In this document: one piece after another, positions 24,630 to 37,182 of the stretch
How positions within the stretch are numbered: position 1 is the first letter of the stretch
Layout: each line of letters begins with the position of its first letter
Source of the DNA: Podarcis bocagei
Taxonomy: Eukaryota
Length of the DNA: 64,000 nt
Reading direction: 5' to 3' (one strand)
Assembly: GCA_964188305.1 (NCBI GenBank)
Contig: OZ076889.1
The notes under the pieces: model-generated
What the model was told of the DNA's origin: nothing
Seen by the model: the letters and a program-made list of their open reading frames with translations, nothing else
The model's database searches: none
Translations under genes and position numbers: made by a program

Positions 24630-25570
24630 AGTTGGCGAGAGGGAGGAGCAGAGCAGCAGCAGCAGTAGGGAAGCGAAGCGGAGGAGAGCTGGCGGGGAAA
24701 GTGGGCATCCAGTCCGCCCCAACGCCGCTCGCGGGGTCCCACCGGGAGGTTGCCTGCTGAAGCTGCGGCTAAGAACCGCCCTGGCGTGCCTCGGCCTTTG
24801 TGCAGCCGCCGCCCGGCCCGGCCCGCCCCTTCTTGCAACCCGAGCCCGCCCAGGGGCACAGCACCCCCTCCCCAACGGAGCGGGCGGGACCGGGGCGGTG
24901 GGAGGGAGCTGGCCCCCTATCTGCACCTCAGGAAAAGCCTGCTAAGACAAGTCCACTGTGCTCCCTCTCCAGACCCCTCGAACACTCATCCGGGCAGCGA
25001 AAGTTGCGTCTCCCCAGTTCCCAGTCTCCGCGGCCTCCAAAACACGCGCGGCGCTGGATCTCTCCCTCTCCCTCCCCCCCCATCTTAATCCTAGGAACAT
25101 TAATAGGCAAAGAAAGAAGTTTCTCAATATTGTACTGTTGCCAAAGCGTAAAGCCAGTGGGACCCCTCCTGGATGAAAACTGGCCGACGTGTGGCTTCTC
25201 TTTACCTCCGATTGCTTGGGTGCAAGCGCGGGCGCGCCAAGAGCTTCAACGCGCACGCTTCCTTCCCCCGGGACGCCCGTCTCCACGCTCGACCGACATC
25301 CTGTCTGCCTCGTGGGCACGGCTCCTTTAAGAGGCGAGGCTTCAGAGGAACGCGGCGGGGCGTTACCATGGAGACGGCGAGTTTATATTCCAGAGAGTTA
25401 GAGGGTGGAGGGGGCTCGGATAGGGCAAGACGCCTGGCCCTCCGCCCCTCCGCCCGGTGTCGCAGGTGAGGGCTACCGCAGAGTTATGTCCGTGAGTCCG
25501 TAGGGAGTGAGGAAGTGTGGGGAGAGTAAAAGGTCTGGGGCGGAAGTGGGCTCGGTGGGCCGAGACGTAG
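24630..25570. promoter_or_regulatory. CpG island / bidirectional promoter of the VWC gene (-) and CCDC24 (+)
   Basis: CpG-rich with GC boxes, GGAAGTG (ETS-type) sites and an X-box at 25362-25375. Candidate CCDC24 non-coding exon-1 donor CAG|GTGAGG at 25465/25466. Confidence 0.75.
25362..25375. promoter_or_regulatory. RFX X-box
   Basis: GTTACCATGGAGAC has one perfect GTTRCC half-site, an AT spacer and a variant half-site, matching the RFX palindrome. Confidence 0.7.
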
Positions 25571-26448
25571 GTGAGTTAAGCACTGGGGAGCAACTATGGG
25601 GAGGGATAATGGGCAATAGGTTACATTTGGGGCTATAAACAACTACCTGACATTCAGAAGACAAACTTCAGGGAAGTTTTTAATGTGTGACATTTTAATA
25701 TTTTTTTAATCTTTGTTGGAAGCCGTCCAGAGTGGCTGGGGAAACCCAGCCTGATGGGCGGGGTACAAATAAATAATAATAATGATTGATAATAATTACG
25801 ATTAACGGGAATTAGTGTGACTCTCGAAGTTAATGTGAGGGGATGAGTTTGGTATATGGGGAGCAAGAAAAATTATATGCTCTTATTGTCTGGTGACCCA
25901 CGTGGTAGAAAGGTGAGTGCAAGTAACAGGATTTGTAGACAGTAGTGCAACTCAGGGGAAAAGTACAGAGCACCACAAAAATGGGGTGCCTCAAATGTCC
26001 ATCTAGAGAGTGTCAGGTGATAGAGTCAGGAACAAACGACCTGTGGCAGCACCTGGGCTGGCATGGGCATGTTGTGGTCTATTGGCGCTGATGGTAGTCA
26101 CAGCGGCATCCTTATTTTCTACAACAGTTTTAGTCAGAGGGTGGTTAACCAGGCATGTACATGGCACTCGATTCTATTTTTTACTTTTACTTTCATCCTT
26201 GGTGCTCCCCCCCCCCATAAATGTGTTTAACATCAGGGCAGCAGAAGCAAATTCCATTGTATTCCTGTAATGCTAGTGCTATGACTTAAGTGAGTTTAGA
26301 ATGTGAAACTGTACATGCTCAGAGTATTTCACAACCATTTATCTATTGTGCTAATGTATCAGGAATGTAGGAGCAGTTATAAAACATGGGAATGGCTTAC
26401 CTTACAACTGACAACTGACAAATGTAATATGTGTGGCTGTCTAATGGG

Positions 26449-26821
26449 TAAAAGGTAAAGGGACTCCTGACCATTAGGTCCAGTCGTGACCGACTCTGGG
26501 GTTGCGGCGCTCATCTCGCTTTATTGGCCGAGGGAGCCGACGTACAGCTGGTCATGTGGCCAGCACGACTAAGCCGCTTCTGGCGAACCAGAGCAGCACA
26601 CAGAAGCGGTATTTACCTTCCCGCCGGAGCGGTACCTATTCATCTACTTGCACTTTGACGTGCTTTCGAACTGCTAGGTTGGCAGGAGCAGGGACCGAGC
26701 AATGGGAGCTCACCCTGTTGCGGGGATTCAAACCGCCGACCTTCTGATCGGCGAGTCCTAGGCTCTGTGTGATCGGCAAGCCCTAGGCTCTGTGGTTTAA
26801 CCCACAGCGCCACCCACGTCC
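26449..26821 (-). mobile_element. Sauria SINE
   Basis: Same family; TSD ctaatggg (26441-26448 and 26822-26829); internal ~25-bp tandem duplication near 26746-26795. Confidence 0.9.
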
Positions 26822-27193
26822 CTAATGGGAGAGGGGTGTAAAACCATGGATGTGGCCAGGATTTTAGTTGGGGAGGGACAAAGCTATTGAGCTTTTCTTG
26901 GGAAATCATGGGTAAAAATACCTCATAAATAGGACATTGCGGGGGGCCAGGTTTCTGTTGGGGGGCAGAACCTCAGATAATTGAATACTTTCAATGCTTT
27001 TCAATAATATTTGTGAATCTTGGGAGGGCAGCAGCCCATGTGTAAAACCATTAAGTTCAGTGTCTAAAATTACCTAGGTGCACCATTGCATGTGGCACCG
27101 AATAGTTGTGATGTGGAGCTTCTACTCACTGTCTCATTGGCACAATCTTTTTTTCCTTTAAAGCCCATTATCGTGGAGTCGGATACAGCACCC

Positions 27194-27349
27194 ATGTTGC
27201 CCTTGCCTGGTGCATCTGGGGAATCCTTGCAGTCCGTACCATCACTCTGGACAATGGTAGAGGAACAATTAGCACCCAGTGAGAGGCTTGAGGCGAAAGC
27301 TATCTTGGGTCATGGCCTTGTGGAACGGAGCTTGGAACTTCATGCTGAG
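27194..27349 (+). CDS. CCDC24: CCDC24 coding exon 1
   Basis: [52 protein letters not shown]; acceptor at 27163/27164 upstream, donor gttaag. Confidence 0.88.
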
Positions 27350-29099
27350 GTTAAGTACCGAAATACTGGATCTCCTATTCAAAATGATTCACAAAAGAGC
27401 AGAACAAACAAACAAACCAATCACCCCTCTTACTACACAATTTAGAAGTGGCTGGTGACAAAGGGATATCTGAATAAAGCATAAAATCTAGGTCTCATCA
27501 GCTAAAGAGGCAGCACTAAATTTGTAAGGGGATTTGACTGATGAAAGGGCCCGCCTTTCATGTCTATAGATTGAGTGGAGTGGACTGAGTGCTAAAATTG
27601 AGCGGCGCTAAGGGAGGGCTTATAAATTGTATTAAGCCCCCTTCCACTGAGCACTGGCCACTAGTTTTGGCATACATGCATTTTCATATAGAGTAGCATT
27701 CATGTGTGTATGGAAAAAACCTCTGGTTTGCCACTTACATCTGCTTTGAGTGCCGTTTAATTTCAGTGAAAAGAAAGCACATCTGAGAAGGCAAGTCAAG
27801 GAGGGGACAAAATATTGCAACCATCCCCTCCCTGTTTGACAAGGTCCCCATTTGCCAGCTCCCAGCTCAGCTGGTTCCTAATGCTTGGCCAGAGCCCCTA
27901 ATCCATGCTATTCCAGGCCCTTTGTTCTCCTCCAGCCATTCATGCCCTTTCTTTATTCAGCATGGTCCTGACTGCAGCTGAGAAGAACAGTAAACATCCC
28001 AGAGGCTTTTCACATGGTAATTGCCTTACCTCCTCCTGAAACCAGAAGAGCAAGCACAACACACCCTGACAAGATGGCACCTTTCTCTATCACTTCTTCA
28101 TGTTAGAGCTTTGCTTGAGATCCAGCCCCCCCCCATTGTGGCCAGTAACCCCCTCCCCAGCCTTTATGAGGTCTTTCACCTGGCTGTCTATTACATCTTC
28201 ATCACAAGCCTGATAAATGTGGCCTAGGTACTGCCTGTCTCCCTGCTGTGTTCTTGTATGTGTCTCTGCTCCCCTCCCCAATTGGATATCTGAGAGGCCG
28301 CCCAGGGAAGCAGCTGTACCATAACGTTCCTCTTGTGGATGTGTGGGGCCAGAAAGGGATTTCTGGCGCTCGCTTGCCTTACAAATATCCTGCAGATATT
28401 TTTGCGGCATGACCTTGACTTTCCTCATGGGGGGAGGGAGAGAATGATTGTGGGTGGGCTGTCTGCAGCTTTGCACCTTTTATGGAGTGTGCAGACGGCA
28501 ACAATGCAGTGCCCTCTTGCCAGCTACATTGGAATGACAGTGTTCTGGCTGGTGTTCTTATCTTCTGCAGGCAACTTTGCCCACTTTCTGCAAAAGGGTT
28601 TTTTTTTAATCCTAAAAACTTCACTCTTAATTCTAAAATACTCTTCACATAAACTAATAGCCTCATAGTCTGTTCCAAGTCTTACGGCGGATGCAACGTT
28701 TTACTGAATTCAGTGTTCTCTCACACACATTTATCACATTTGAAGCATCTTTTATTTCCTTGATGCGTGACATACTTCTGAAAAGTTGTCAGTTCCCTTT
28801 ATGAAATGTAATTGTCTACCATCAGGTGAGTAACTAAACCATGGCTAGGTATTGATTTTCTTTTCTTGCAGGCAGGCACCTGGCTTGATTTCCAGGTGTG
28901 CAGAATAGCAATACTGGGAATGGGAGTGCAACTTGTATTTTTAGGTTGTGTCAGTGCTTCATCATTTGGGGAGGTGGAGGGTGGGGGAAAGATTACTTTG
29001 AGAAAGTTTCTGCAGTTTGTTCCAATGTGCACATGTGTGAATTTCTGCATGTGTTAATGCACTGTCCCTAATGCAGTCCAACCCCTTCCCTATTTACAG

Positions 29100-29284
29100 G
29101 TGCGGACACTGTTGGAATTCCATCAGGAGTTGCAGTCAGGCCGCCTTGGAGTGGAGCAAAGCCCACTGCAAGCGGATGACAGCTGGGCCTTGCTGGCAGC
29201 TCCCCCCAACCTCAAGGAGCTGGTGAGGGAGGAGATCCGCCTTCTTCTAATTGGCCTACAGCAGAAGGCATCGCAGGAGGGCAG
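29100..29284 (+). CDS. CCDC24: CCDC24 coding exon 2
   Basis: VRTLLEFHQELQS...LLAAPPNLKELVREEIRLLLIGLQQKASQEGR; 185 nt. Confidence 0.9.
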
Positions 29285-30887
29285 GTACTGGAGATTGGAA
29301 GAGAAGGGACTTGAGAGAATTAAGGGCTGAGTTAAGGGGGAGCAGGTAGTAGGGATAGAAGAAAAGCAAGCAGACTATATTAAGACCTGAAGCCTATTTG
29401 ATATAAGAATGAGCCCATTAGTTTCCAACTGATGTGCCTGGTGGTATTTATGTGTGCGGAATGGGTGAGTTTTACATCATCTTTTGGCCAAAGCAGTCTA
29501 GATTGAGGAAGCCATAACTATTTGTTACGAGAGGCTTAGAGTTTCATGGGACAAATCAGTTAGGAGGCTAGACAATAACTTGATTGTCTCTCTTAACAAG
29601 AACAGGATGGGGGAAACCTCTGATTCCACTCAGATATAAATAAGTCCAGTGCCACCTAGCGACTAAACTATATATTTACACTATTGACACAGGATTCTTT
29701 CTCCCTTTGCTTTTTAAGGGTGACTGTTCCAGAAATGCTTATTAGGAAATATCAGCCCCAATGCAATTTAATTGGCAGTTCCAGTATAGTTTCAACATGA
29801 TTGCCACTCAGATGGCCAATGTCCAGCAAAAATAACCTGTACCAAACACATGTTTGCACCGTACACCTCCATCTGTAACTTGCGCTCCCCATTCAAGTGC
29901 AGCTTGTCAGTTTGTGTGTCTCTCTAGTTTTTTTTATCTGTAGAATTAATTCTAGCCTTACATTCCCATTCTTTGGGTCTCAATCATATAGCCTTTGTCA
30001 TTTCCACATAGCTTCCTTACATCATGCAGGAATCACATTGCTGAGCGCCTCTATCAAGAATGCCAGTCCTGCTAGTGCATTTGTTTTTTATGGTGTGTTC
30101 AGTCCATAGCCTGAGGCTGGGATTATGTCTCACCTCCAAGTTCAAAGTGAGCATTCATCCGAGTGAGCACTGGGATCAGCACCTGCTGGAACCCTTGCCT
30201 GAGGATTTGCTCCCTGCCTTAGCCCTGTGTAACCAATGAATAGCTCAGTGAAGGCACGGATTAGAACAGGCTGGCTAGTAAGGGATAAGCTCTCAAACTC
30301 CTCATGCTGGAGTTGTTTGTACCATGTTGCCCTATCGGAGAATCCCTTCACACCCTTCAAACCTTTCTACTATCTTTCAGTCACAACCTGAAATTCTGCA
30401 TTTGTTACTTACTTTCAAATAGCTCCCCTCTTGTTGAATTGACATGAGCACAGGTCATGGCTCCCTGTGTGCTGCCTAGAACTGGGTCCAATGAATGGCC
30501 TGAGGGCTGCATGTAGCCCATAAGGCCTGTTTTGTTGGCCCTGGGCAACATTTGACACCCTCCCGAGCCCTCATGCTGCCTTCCCAAAGCCAGATAAGCA
30601 AGGCACTAGGATTGGCGAAGGAGGTGTAAAGGATCTGGCAGGGTCCTAGAGTCCTCCTGTCTCCTGCCCAAAGCCTAATTGCTGCTTCCCTGGAGTGCTC
30701 TAGGACTCTCCTAAAGCCTGTTGTCTACTTAGCTGGCTTTGGGAAGGCAGGGCAAGGACTGGGGGGTGGCATCAAATTTTTGCCTCAGTCTCCCCACTGC
30801 ACAATACAGTATGTGTTCTCTTGGTTCTGTGTCAAACTACTTTTGTGGTCTACTTGGTATGGAAAATTGGACCTCACTGGGCTCTTT

Positions 30888-31862
30888 TTTTATATAAATT
30901 TTTTTATTGGTTTTACAAAATTTTTATAAACAATACAAACAAATAAAAAGACAAACAAACATGTATAATTTCATAACCTTTTTTTTCATATCCCTCACTT
31001 CTCGGACTCCCCCAAACCTCCCCTTTCTACATCCCAATTTCCAAAATTATTTCAGCAAATCCTAACCAATTTTATCAAATATATTTCTTCTTATTCTTTT
31101 CTTTTACTTAATCTTTTGTCGCTGTAATCTCCTTTTCTTTCTCAAACCCTCGACATTTTAGCATTCATCAATTTTATAATAGTTCTTAAGATAAATTTTA
31201 AATTTCTTCCAATCTTCTTCCGCCGTCTCTTTCCCCTGATCACGGATTCTGCCAGTCATTTCGGCCAATGTCATATAGTCCATCACCTTCATCTGCCACT
31301 CTTCCAGGGTGGGTAGGTCTTGTGTCTTCCAATACTTTGCCATAAGTATTCTTGCTGCTGTCGTAACATACATAAAAAAAATTCTGTCTTTCTTTGATAC
31401 CAATTGGCCGACAATGCCCAGGAGAAAGGCCTCTGGTTTCTTAGGGAAGGTACATCTAAGTACCTTTTTCATTTCATTATATATCATCTCCCAGAAAGCC
31501 TTAATCTTTGGGCACGTCCACCAAAGGTGATAGAAAGTACCTTCAGTTTCTTTACACTTCCAGCACTTATTGTCGGGCAAATGATAGATTTTTGCAAGCT
31601 TGACTGGGGTCATGTACCACCTGTAAATCATTTTCATAATATTTTCCTTACATGCCGTAAATTTTATCCCGGTGTTCCACAACCATTCCCAGTCAGCAAA
31701 CATAATGTTATGACCAATGTCCTGTGCCCACTTAATCATAGCTGATTTAACTGTTTCATCTTGTGTATTCCATTTCAGCAACAAGTTATACATTCTTGAC
31801 AAATTCTTAGTATTGGGTTCTAACAGTTCAGTTTCTAATTTTGATTTCTCCACCTGGAAGCC
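30888..31862 (-). mobile_element. 5'-truncated L1-clade LINE (ORF2 C-terminus, 3'UTR, poly(A))
   Basis: ORF 31158-31853(-) has the CWKC...H..W.C zinc-knuckle motif and an A-rich tail. TSD acctcactgggctcttt (30871-30887 and 31863-31879). Confidence 0.92.
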
Positions 31863-32025
31863 ACCTCACTGGGCTCTTTAGTCCAGCTTGTTTTCCCTTT
31901 TAGGCTTCTATTCATTCCAGCTACTGGGTGGTTTTGTGACCCAGCACTGCCACCAACTGGTCTTCTCTTGTCCTTGTCCTGGAGATGAACAATTACCTTA
32001 TGGGTGTACATTTTCTGCTTCACAG

Positions 32026-32133
32026 GAACCAAGATTGTGCCATCGCTAAATACAGCCCTCATGTGGTCACCTTTGCACTGAAGGCAAATGCTGGCAATAG
32101 TCAGTCTTCATCTGGGAGCAGTGCCCTAATCAG
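32026..32133 (+). CDS. CCDC24: CCDC24 coding exon 3
   Basis: NQDCAIAKYSPHVVTFALKANAGNSQSSSGSSALIR; 108 nt, phase 2-2. Confidence 0.88.
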
Positions 32134-32759
32134 GTAAGACTGAAGGAAGCTGCAGCCTCCACACAATGAACTTCTGGGCTGTGACTTGTTCTTACCCGGA
32201 ACACCATGAACTGTATCACCACAGGAGGTCTCAGAATCCAGGACTGATTTTGTCTGTAGGAAGCCTAACACCACAGAGTGCCATATGCCATAACTTAGCA
32301 ACCTAGCAGCGATTGGTTCTTTTTGCATCTATGGGCAGTTTGGGACTGATCACTATTATCTCATTTGATCCTCATACACGTTCCAGGACTGGGGACTTGC
32401 AATGAGTTGGCCTCCGTGCTGGTTTCAGTCCCATTGTGGCATTAAGCTAGAAATGTGTTTGTATTATTTATATAGATATGCAAATTATGCATATGTAGAA
32501 TTAGCAGTGGTGTGCCCACTTAAATTATAAGTCTCCATTTTGGATAGAACCTTAATGTTAAGTCAGAGAGGCTGTGAAATTACAGACTCAGCCAGCAAAG
32601 ATGGGGCAATATCAATGGGGTGGGGTGGGGAGACTCACTGAGCAAGCAGAAATCTTTGTGCAGGGCTTCCACTAACAGAGATGTAGGTGAATCCCACCCC
32701 TAGTATGTTTTCCTTTTATATCTAGTTGAAGAAACCAAGAGCAGGTTGGTATGCGGAGG

Positions 32760-33720
32760 TACAGTCTCTCAAACATCTTGGTGAGGTTCCTGGGCATATC
32801 AGCTCCAGTTTCTGTGGTGTTAAGTACCACCTGTAGGTGAGTTTCAGAGTGAGTTCCCTTCTTTTGGCTGATATGGACTTAAAGGGAGGTATAGACCACA
32901 TTCTAGTCCATTGGGTGGGGTTAATTTCATAGCCTATATCATGCGCCCATTGTTCTTTGATTGCATCAGTGTTGTGGGGATTTACTTTAGTTTGTTTTGG
33001 AGAAATGGGTGTGCTGTTGTGGGGATGTTTTCGATGGTGTCCCCATGAATTTTTGTTCCTCTGCAGTTATGGTTGGCATGGCCAGCCCTGTTAGAAATCT
33101 TCTGATTTCCTGTTCAGGTGGGTTGCGGGAGGTGTATAGGTTGGCACAAAATTCTGAGGTTATTTCTTTGGTGGTGGATGTTAGCACTACCGTCTTTTAT
33201 AGTGACACAGTGTATACTTGTTTTGAGTGATCCCCCCCTCCCCCGCATCTGTTTGCTAATAGTCTGGAGTTCTTCCCTCCATATTCGTAAAAGCATTGTT
33301 TAGAGTATAGGATGTTAATCATTGTTTTATTGATTTCTGGAGAGTCAATTGCCCTTCTTTTTTGTTCTATGAATTTAAGGAGGTTTTTTTGGCTCCTGTT
33401 TGTTTGTAGTGTGATGGCAAGGTTGAAATGTCTTGTTCTAATTTACCAATTTTTGAGGAAGTTTGTTTTTTAAGGGATGTCCTCTCCTTTATGTAAGCTC
33501 CTCTGATGACCACTTTCATTGTGTCCCAGAGAAGGGGGGTTGCAACGTCGTCCACTTCGTTGTCCTTAAAGTAGTTTTGGAGAGTTTTCAAGAGACTCTC
33601 TAGGTAGTTCGTTTGTGGTTAGGATGGGGCTGAAGGATCATGATTGGGTAGTTTATGCTTCCTCTCCTATTATGAGGGTTGCTTCTACTGGGGCAGGTCT
33701 GTGATTTTAATGTTCTGTGT
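32760..33720 (-). mobile_element. Degenerate L1-clade LINE ORF2 fragments
   Basis: Frameshifted pieces LQNYFKDNEVDDVATPLLWDTMKVVIRG and EITSEFCANLYTS resemble the EN-RT linker, joined to a more C-terminal piece. Boundaries approximate. Confidence 0.7.
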
Positions 33721-33983
33721 CTGAGTCCTAAGAAGCATGCTAGTTCAGTTTGATGAATCCCTGTCCTGTGACAGCCATACAGAGAGGATGGGAGTACAAC
33801 TCATTGAAAGAGACTCGGGGTCCTGGAAAGAAAATGACTGACATCCCCAACCAAATTCTGTTACCTGATCCTTGTGCCAGTGTCCCATTCAAGCTTTGTT
33901 TAGTGCAGGAATGCCCAGTTGCAGGCATCAAGCCCGTCTGGTCACAGGAAAATGCAAGTCTCACCCAATTTCTGTTTCCTTAG

Positions 33984-34070
33984 GCCATTATTCTCCAGAA
34001 CCGCTAATCTGGAATCCTTCTGTAATAAACTGAATATTGCCCATATCAGTGAGGTAGCCTCTCAACTTCG
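33984..34070 (+). CDS. CCDC24: CCDC24 coding exon 4
   Basis: PLFSRTANLESFCNKLNIAHISEVASQLR; 87 nt; donor gtaagt. Confidence 0.85.
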
Positions 34071-35044
34071 GTAAGTTTTTGCTCTATTAGGTTTTTTATT
34101 TGCACAAATATTGTAAGAGGGAAGAAGGCACAAGAGGGTTACAGGTATCCGTTGCAGGTGTCTGGAAGGCAGATATAACAGAAGGCCTTGTGTCTGAGAA
34201 CAGTAAACTCACTGCAGAGACAGAAGGGAAGCTGGGGATGGCATTGTGTGAAAATGTGTGCAGATGGACCCAAGCAGCTTGTATTCTACCTTCTAACTCT
34301 CCCCATCAGCTGTCTCCCAGTCTGGCCTGTACCACAATCATGAAGACAAGGAGGGGCAAGAGTCTCTTTCCAAACTTCCTCTGGGTACAGATATAATTTC
34401 TATGGCACATTTTGCTCTGTGTAATTGCAAGGAGTGAAGTAGATCAAACAACAGTTGTGGCAGAACTTAGTGGGAAAGGCATAGCATAAAAATGTGGGAA
34501 CCGCAAGAGAAGGTCAAGAAGCAACACAGGAGTGTGGTGTCTAAGCCATACATAGTCTTGGCTCCCAGTGCAGTCTCCAGTGGGGAACACACAAAGGGCT
34601 TTGTAAAGATTCTTCCATCTTGTGCCACTGGGCATCCTGCATATTCCAGGCAGTATGTATAGTTATTGAAGGGAGCTTGCTAAAGTCCACCCCCAGAAAT
34701 GCCAGAAAGTGTTCACCAGCCAGGAACTCTGAACAAGGAGAGCAGCAGAGTACAAAACAAGGTTTAGAAACACTGTCGGCATTAGAGATACTTGTGCCTA
34801 GTTACGAACTACTTCAAAGTAGTGTGGCTTTCTCTTCTCATCCCTAGCAACATGAACTGCCACTGCAAGCAGATGGTGGCTATCCTCACATCTAACTTTC
34901 ATTTGAATTGCCAGCCCCTACATTGGGAACGTAAACAAAAAGTGAGGAAGGTGTGGAGACACCAAGTCTGCAGTGCTGGCAATTGCTTTCTGTCCCAAAT
35001 GTGTCACCTCCTTTGGGTCTCACTGGCTGTACTATTTTTCCTAG

Positions 35045-35099
35045 AACCTTGCTAGAAGATGAGTGCTGTGATCTGGAAAGATACATCCCCTATTTACAG
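35045..35099 (+). CDS. CCDC24: CCDC24 coding exon 5
   Basis: TLLEDECCDLERYIPYLQ; 55 nt; donor gtaagg. Confidence 0.88.
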
Positions 35100-36402
35100 G
35101 TAAGGAATAAACCCTTCGCATCTCAAGGAGGGTCTCTAGAGTTCCTCATATTTCTCCCATGCACTTCCAAGGATCTGCTTCAAGTTTTGGCCAATAGGTC
35201 TGTGAGACTGGTTTTTGTTGCAGCTTAGGTGGAGCTTCTGTGGCAACATTTCCTCAGCCCTTCTAGACTATTGTGTAAGAACAGAGGCAAGGCGCTGTGG
35301 GATCTGACCAAAGCCCCATCTAGTCTAGCACCCTGTTCTCACAGATGCTTATAGTAAATTTGCATGCAGGATATCCCCACAGCAAGTCATCTGAGTTGGC
35401 ACTCATCCCTATATCTCATGGGGGCAAATTCCATAGTTACTTTTGTTTGTCCTGAATGTTGCAACCATCTTCTGCATTGGATGGACCCAAGTTCTAGTAT
35501 TACCGCTCTCATGTCTTCCCTCCTGCCCATGTACATAGGAGCTTGGTCTCAGAGATGTATCGACAAAACTGTTCCCATGGCTATGGCAGCCTGGGTTAGA
35601 ACAGAGTGTGGGCAGGCCTTGGGACAGAACTCTTGAGTTCATCAAGAGAGGAGTGACAAGGGTGTTTGGCTTCTATACCAGTTCTACAACTGCCCAAATA
35701 GCTAGCTTTTTTGTCTCCTTCCCAAATCTGGGGGACAGGGAGGGGCTGAGGAAAGATGTGAGTGGCAGGAAAACTGTTATGATGATTTGGATGTGAAAAC
35801 ACTATCACATTGGGCTGCAGGACTGCTGCAAGAGTACTTCCTGTCACCAGTGTCTGATGATGATGATGATTTATTTAAAAACACACCTTTGCAGCAGTAC
35901 ACCCATAGTGCTGAGAGCTGCCAAGTTATGAAATCACAGTGACTTGTGACTGCGGAATCAGGGTCAAAAGCTGGAATGATCATCTAATCCCAATGATAAT
36001 CTACTCCAGCCTCCGGCAATGTAGGCTATTCACTGCTAGAGCATCCCTGAGAAGTGGCCATTTAGCCTCTGCTTAATAGGCTCTCATTTGTTAGAGGTTT
36101 TTAAGTCAGCCAACTAAGTTTCTAAGTCAGCAACCTGACAGACTATTTTCCAGAAGAATATGAAACGAGCGTCATCAGCTGAAGGGACTGGATACGCTGG
36201 TGCCTATCCATTAGCTTTCTGCAGTGACTGGGGCAACTAGAAGGCTAGGAGGAAAAGTAAGGTATTTAATACGGGAAGACTTTCCAACACGAGGAAAACC
36301 TTTGAGCAGAGACATGTACATCTTTAAGAGAAATGGTATAGTTGAAGAAGCAGCTTCTTTCTTCTGTGTTGTGTTTCCTATAACATTTTTCATGTTCCAC
36401 AG

Positions 36403-36472
36403 TGCCAACTGGAGGAGGCGCATCACCATGCTACAGAGCTGCTAGAGGCAACACATGAGCCCACCATGGCTG
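36403..36472 (+). CDS. CCDC24: CCDC24 coding exon 6
   Basis: CQLEEAHHHATELLEATHEPTMA; 70 nt. Confidence 0.85.
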
Positions 36473-36681
36473 GTATGCAGAACCCGAGTTTCGGATAAGG
36501 CCATGCTGGGAATTGGGGAAGGGATGCAGCATCATGGTACCTATAGCCATCATCTTTAGGCAGGTGTTGCCAAGGAGTGGCATTTGCAATGGGGCATGGT
36601 CTCTTTGTGAGTGCCAGACCCAATGCTCTTCAAGATTGTTGCTTCCCCCAATCCCCATGAAATAGGGTCTTATCTCCACAG

Positions 36682-36802
36682 AATTACAAGAGGAGAAGCG
36701 CGCCATGGAACGGGATTTGCAGCTAAGCCAGCCTAAACCAGGCACCAGTCCTTCCCTGATATCGAAACATCTTGGGAGTAGCAGCTACCAGCCGCAATTC
36801 AG
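36682..36802 (+). CDS. CCDC24: CCDC24 coding exon 7
   Basis: ELQEEKRAMERDLQLSQPKPGTSPSLISKHLGSSSYQPQFS; 121 nt; donor gtgagc. Confidence 0.87.
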
Positions 36803-37182
36803 GTGAGCCTGCAGGCACCAAAGCTATGATACCATGAAGCTGCATAATATTATAACTGAGGGGTAGCTGTCAAACTGGCACCTGCAGCAGAGAGGTGTTT
36901 AGGGTTGGTTTATTATTCTATGGCAGGGGTCACCAACGCGGTGCCCTCCAAGTGGGGCTGTTGGCAGTCTAACATCTAGAGGGGGCATCTTGCTGGCACT
37001 TTGTGCTGTATGGTCTCTAGCATACCTGCCATATTTTAAGTAAAAATTCTGGAGTTTGTTCTGTGTAGGACCCATTAGTTCTGCTGTAGAGACTAAGGCT
37101 CTTCTGTCCTTGATGCTTTACATGGAAAGATGCTTGGGCAACACCTCCTGCTTCTTGGTAACCCCTTCCTTTCCTTTCACAG

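Noticed and set aside
24627-24926. N-terminal part of the 224-aa ORF 24252-24926(-)
   Set aside because: Starts at a non-ATG codon in the CpG island upstream of the signal peptide; treated as 5'UTR.
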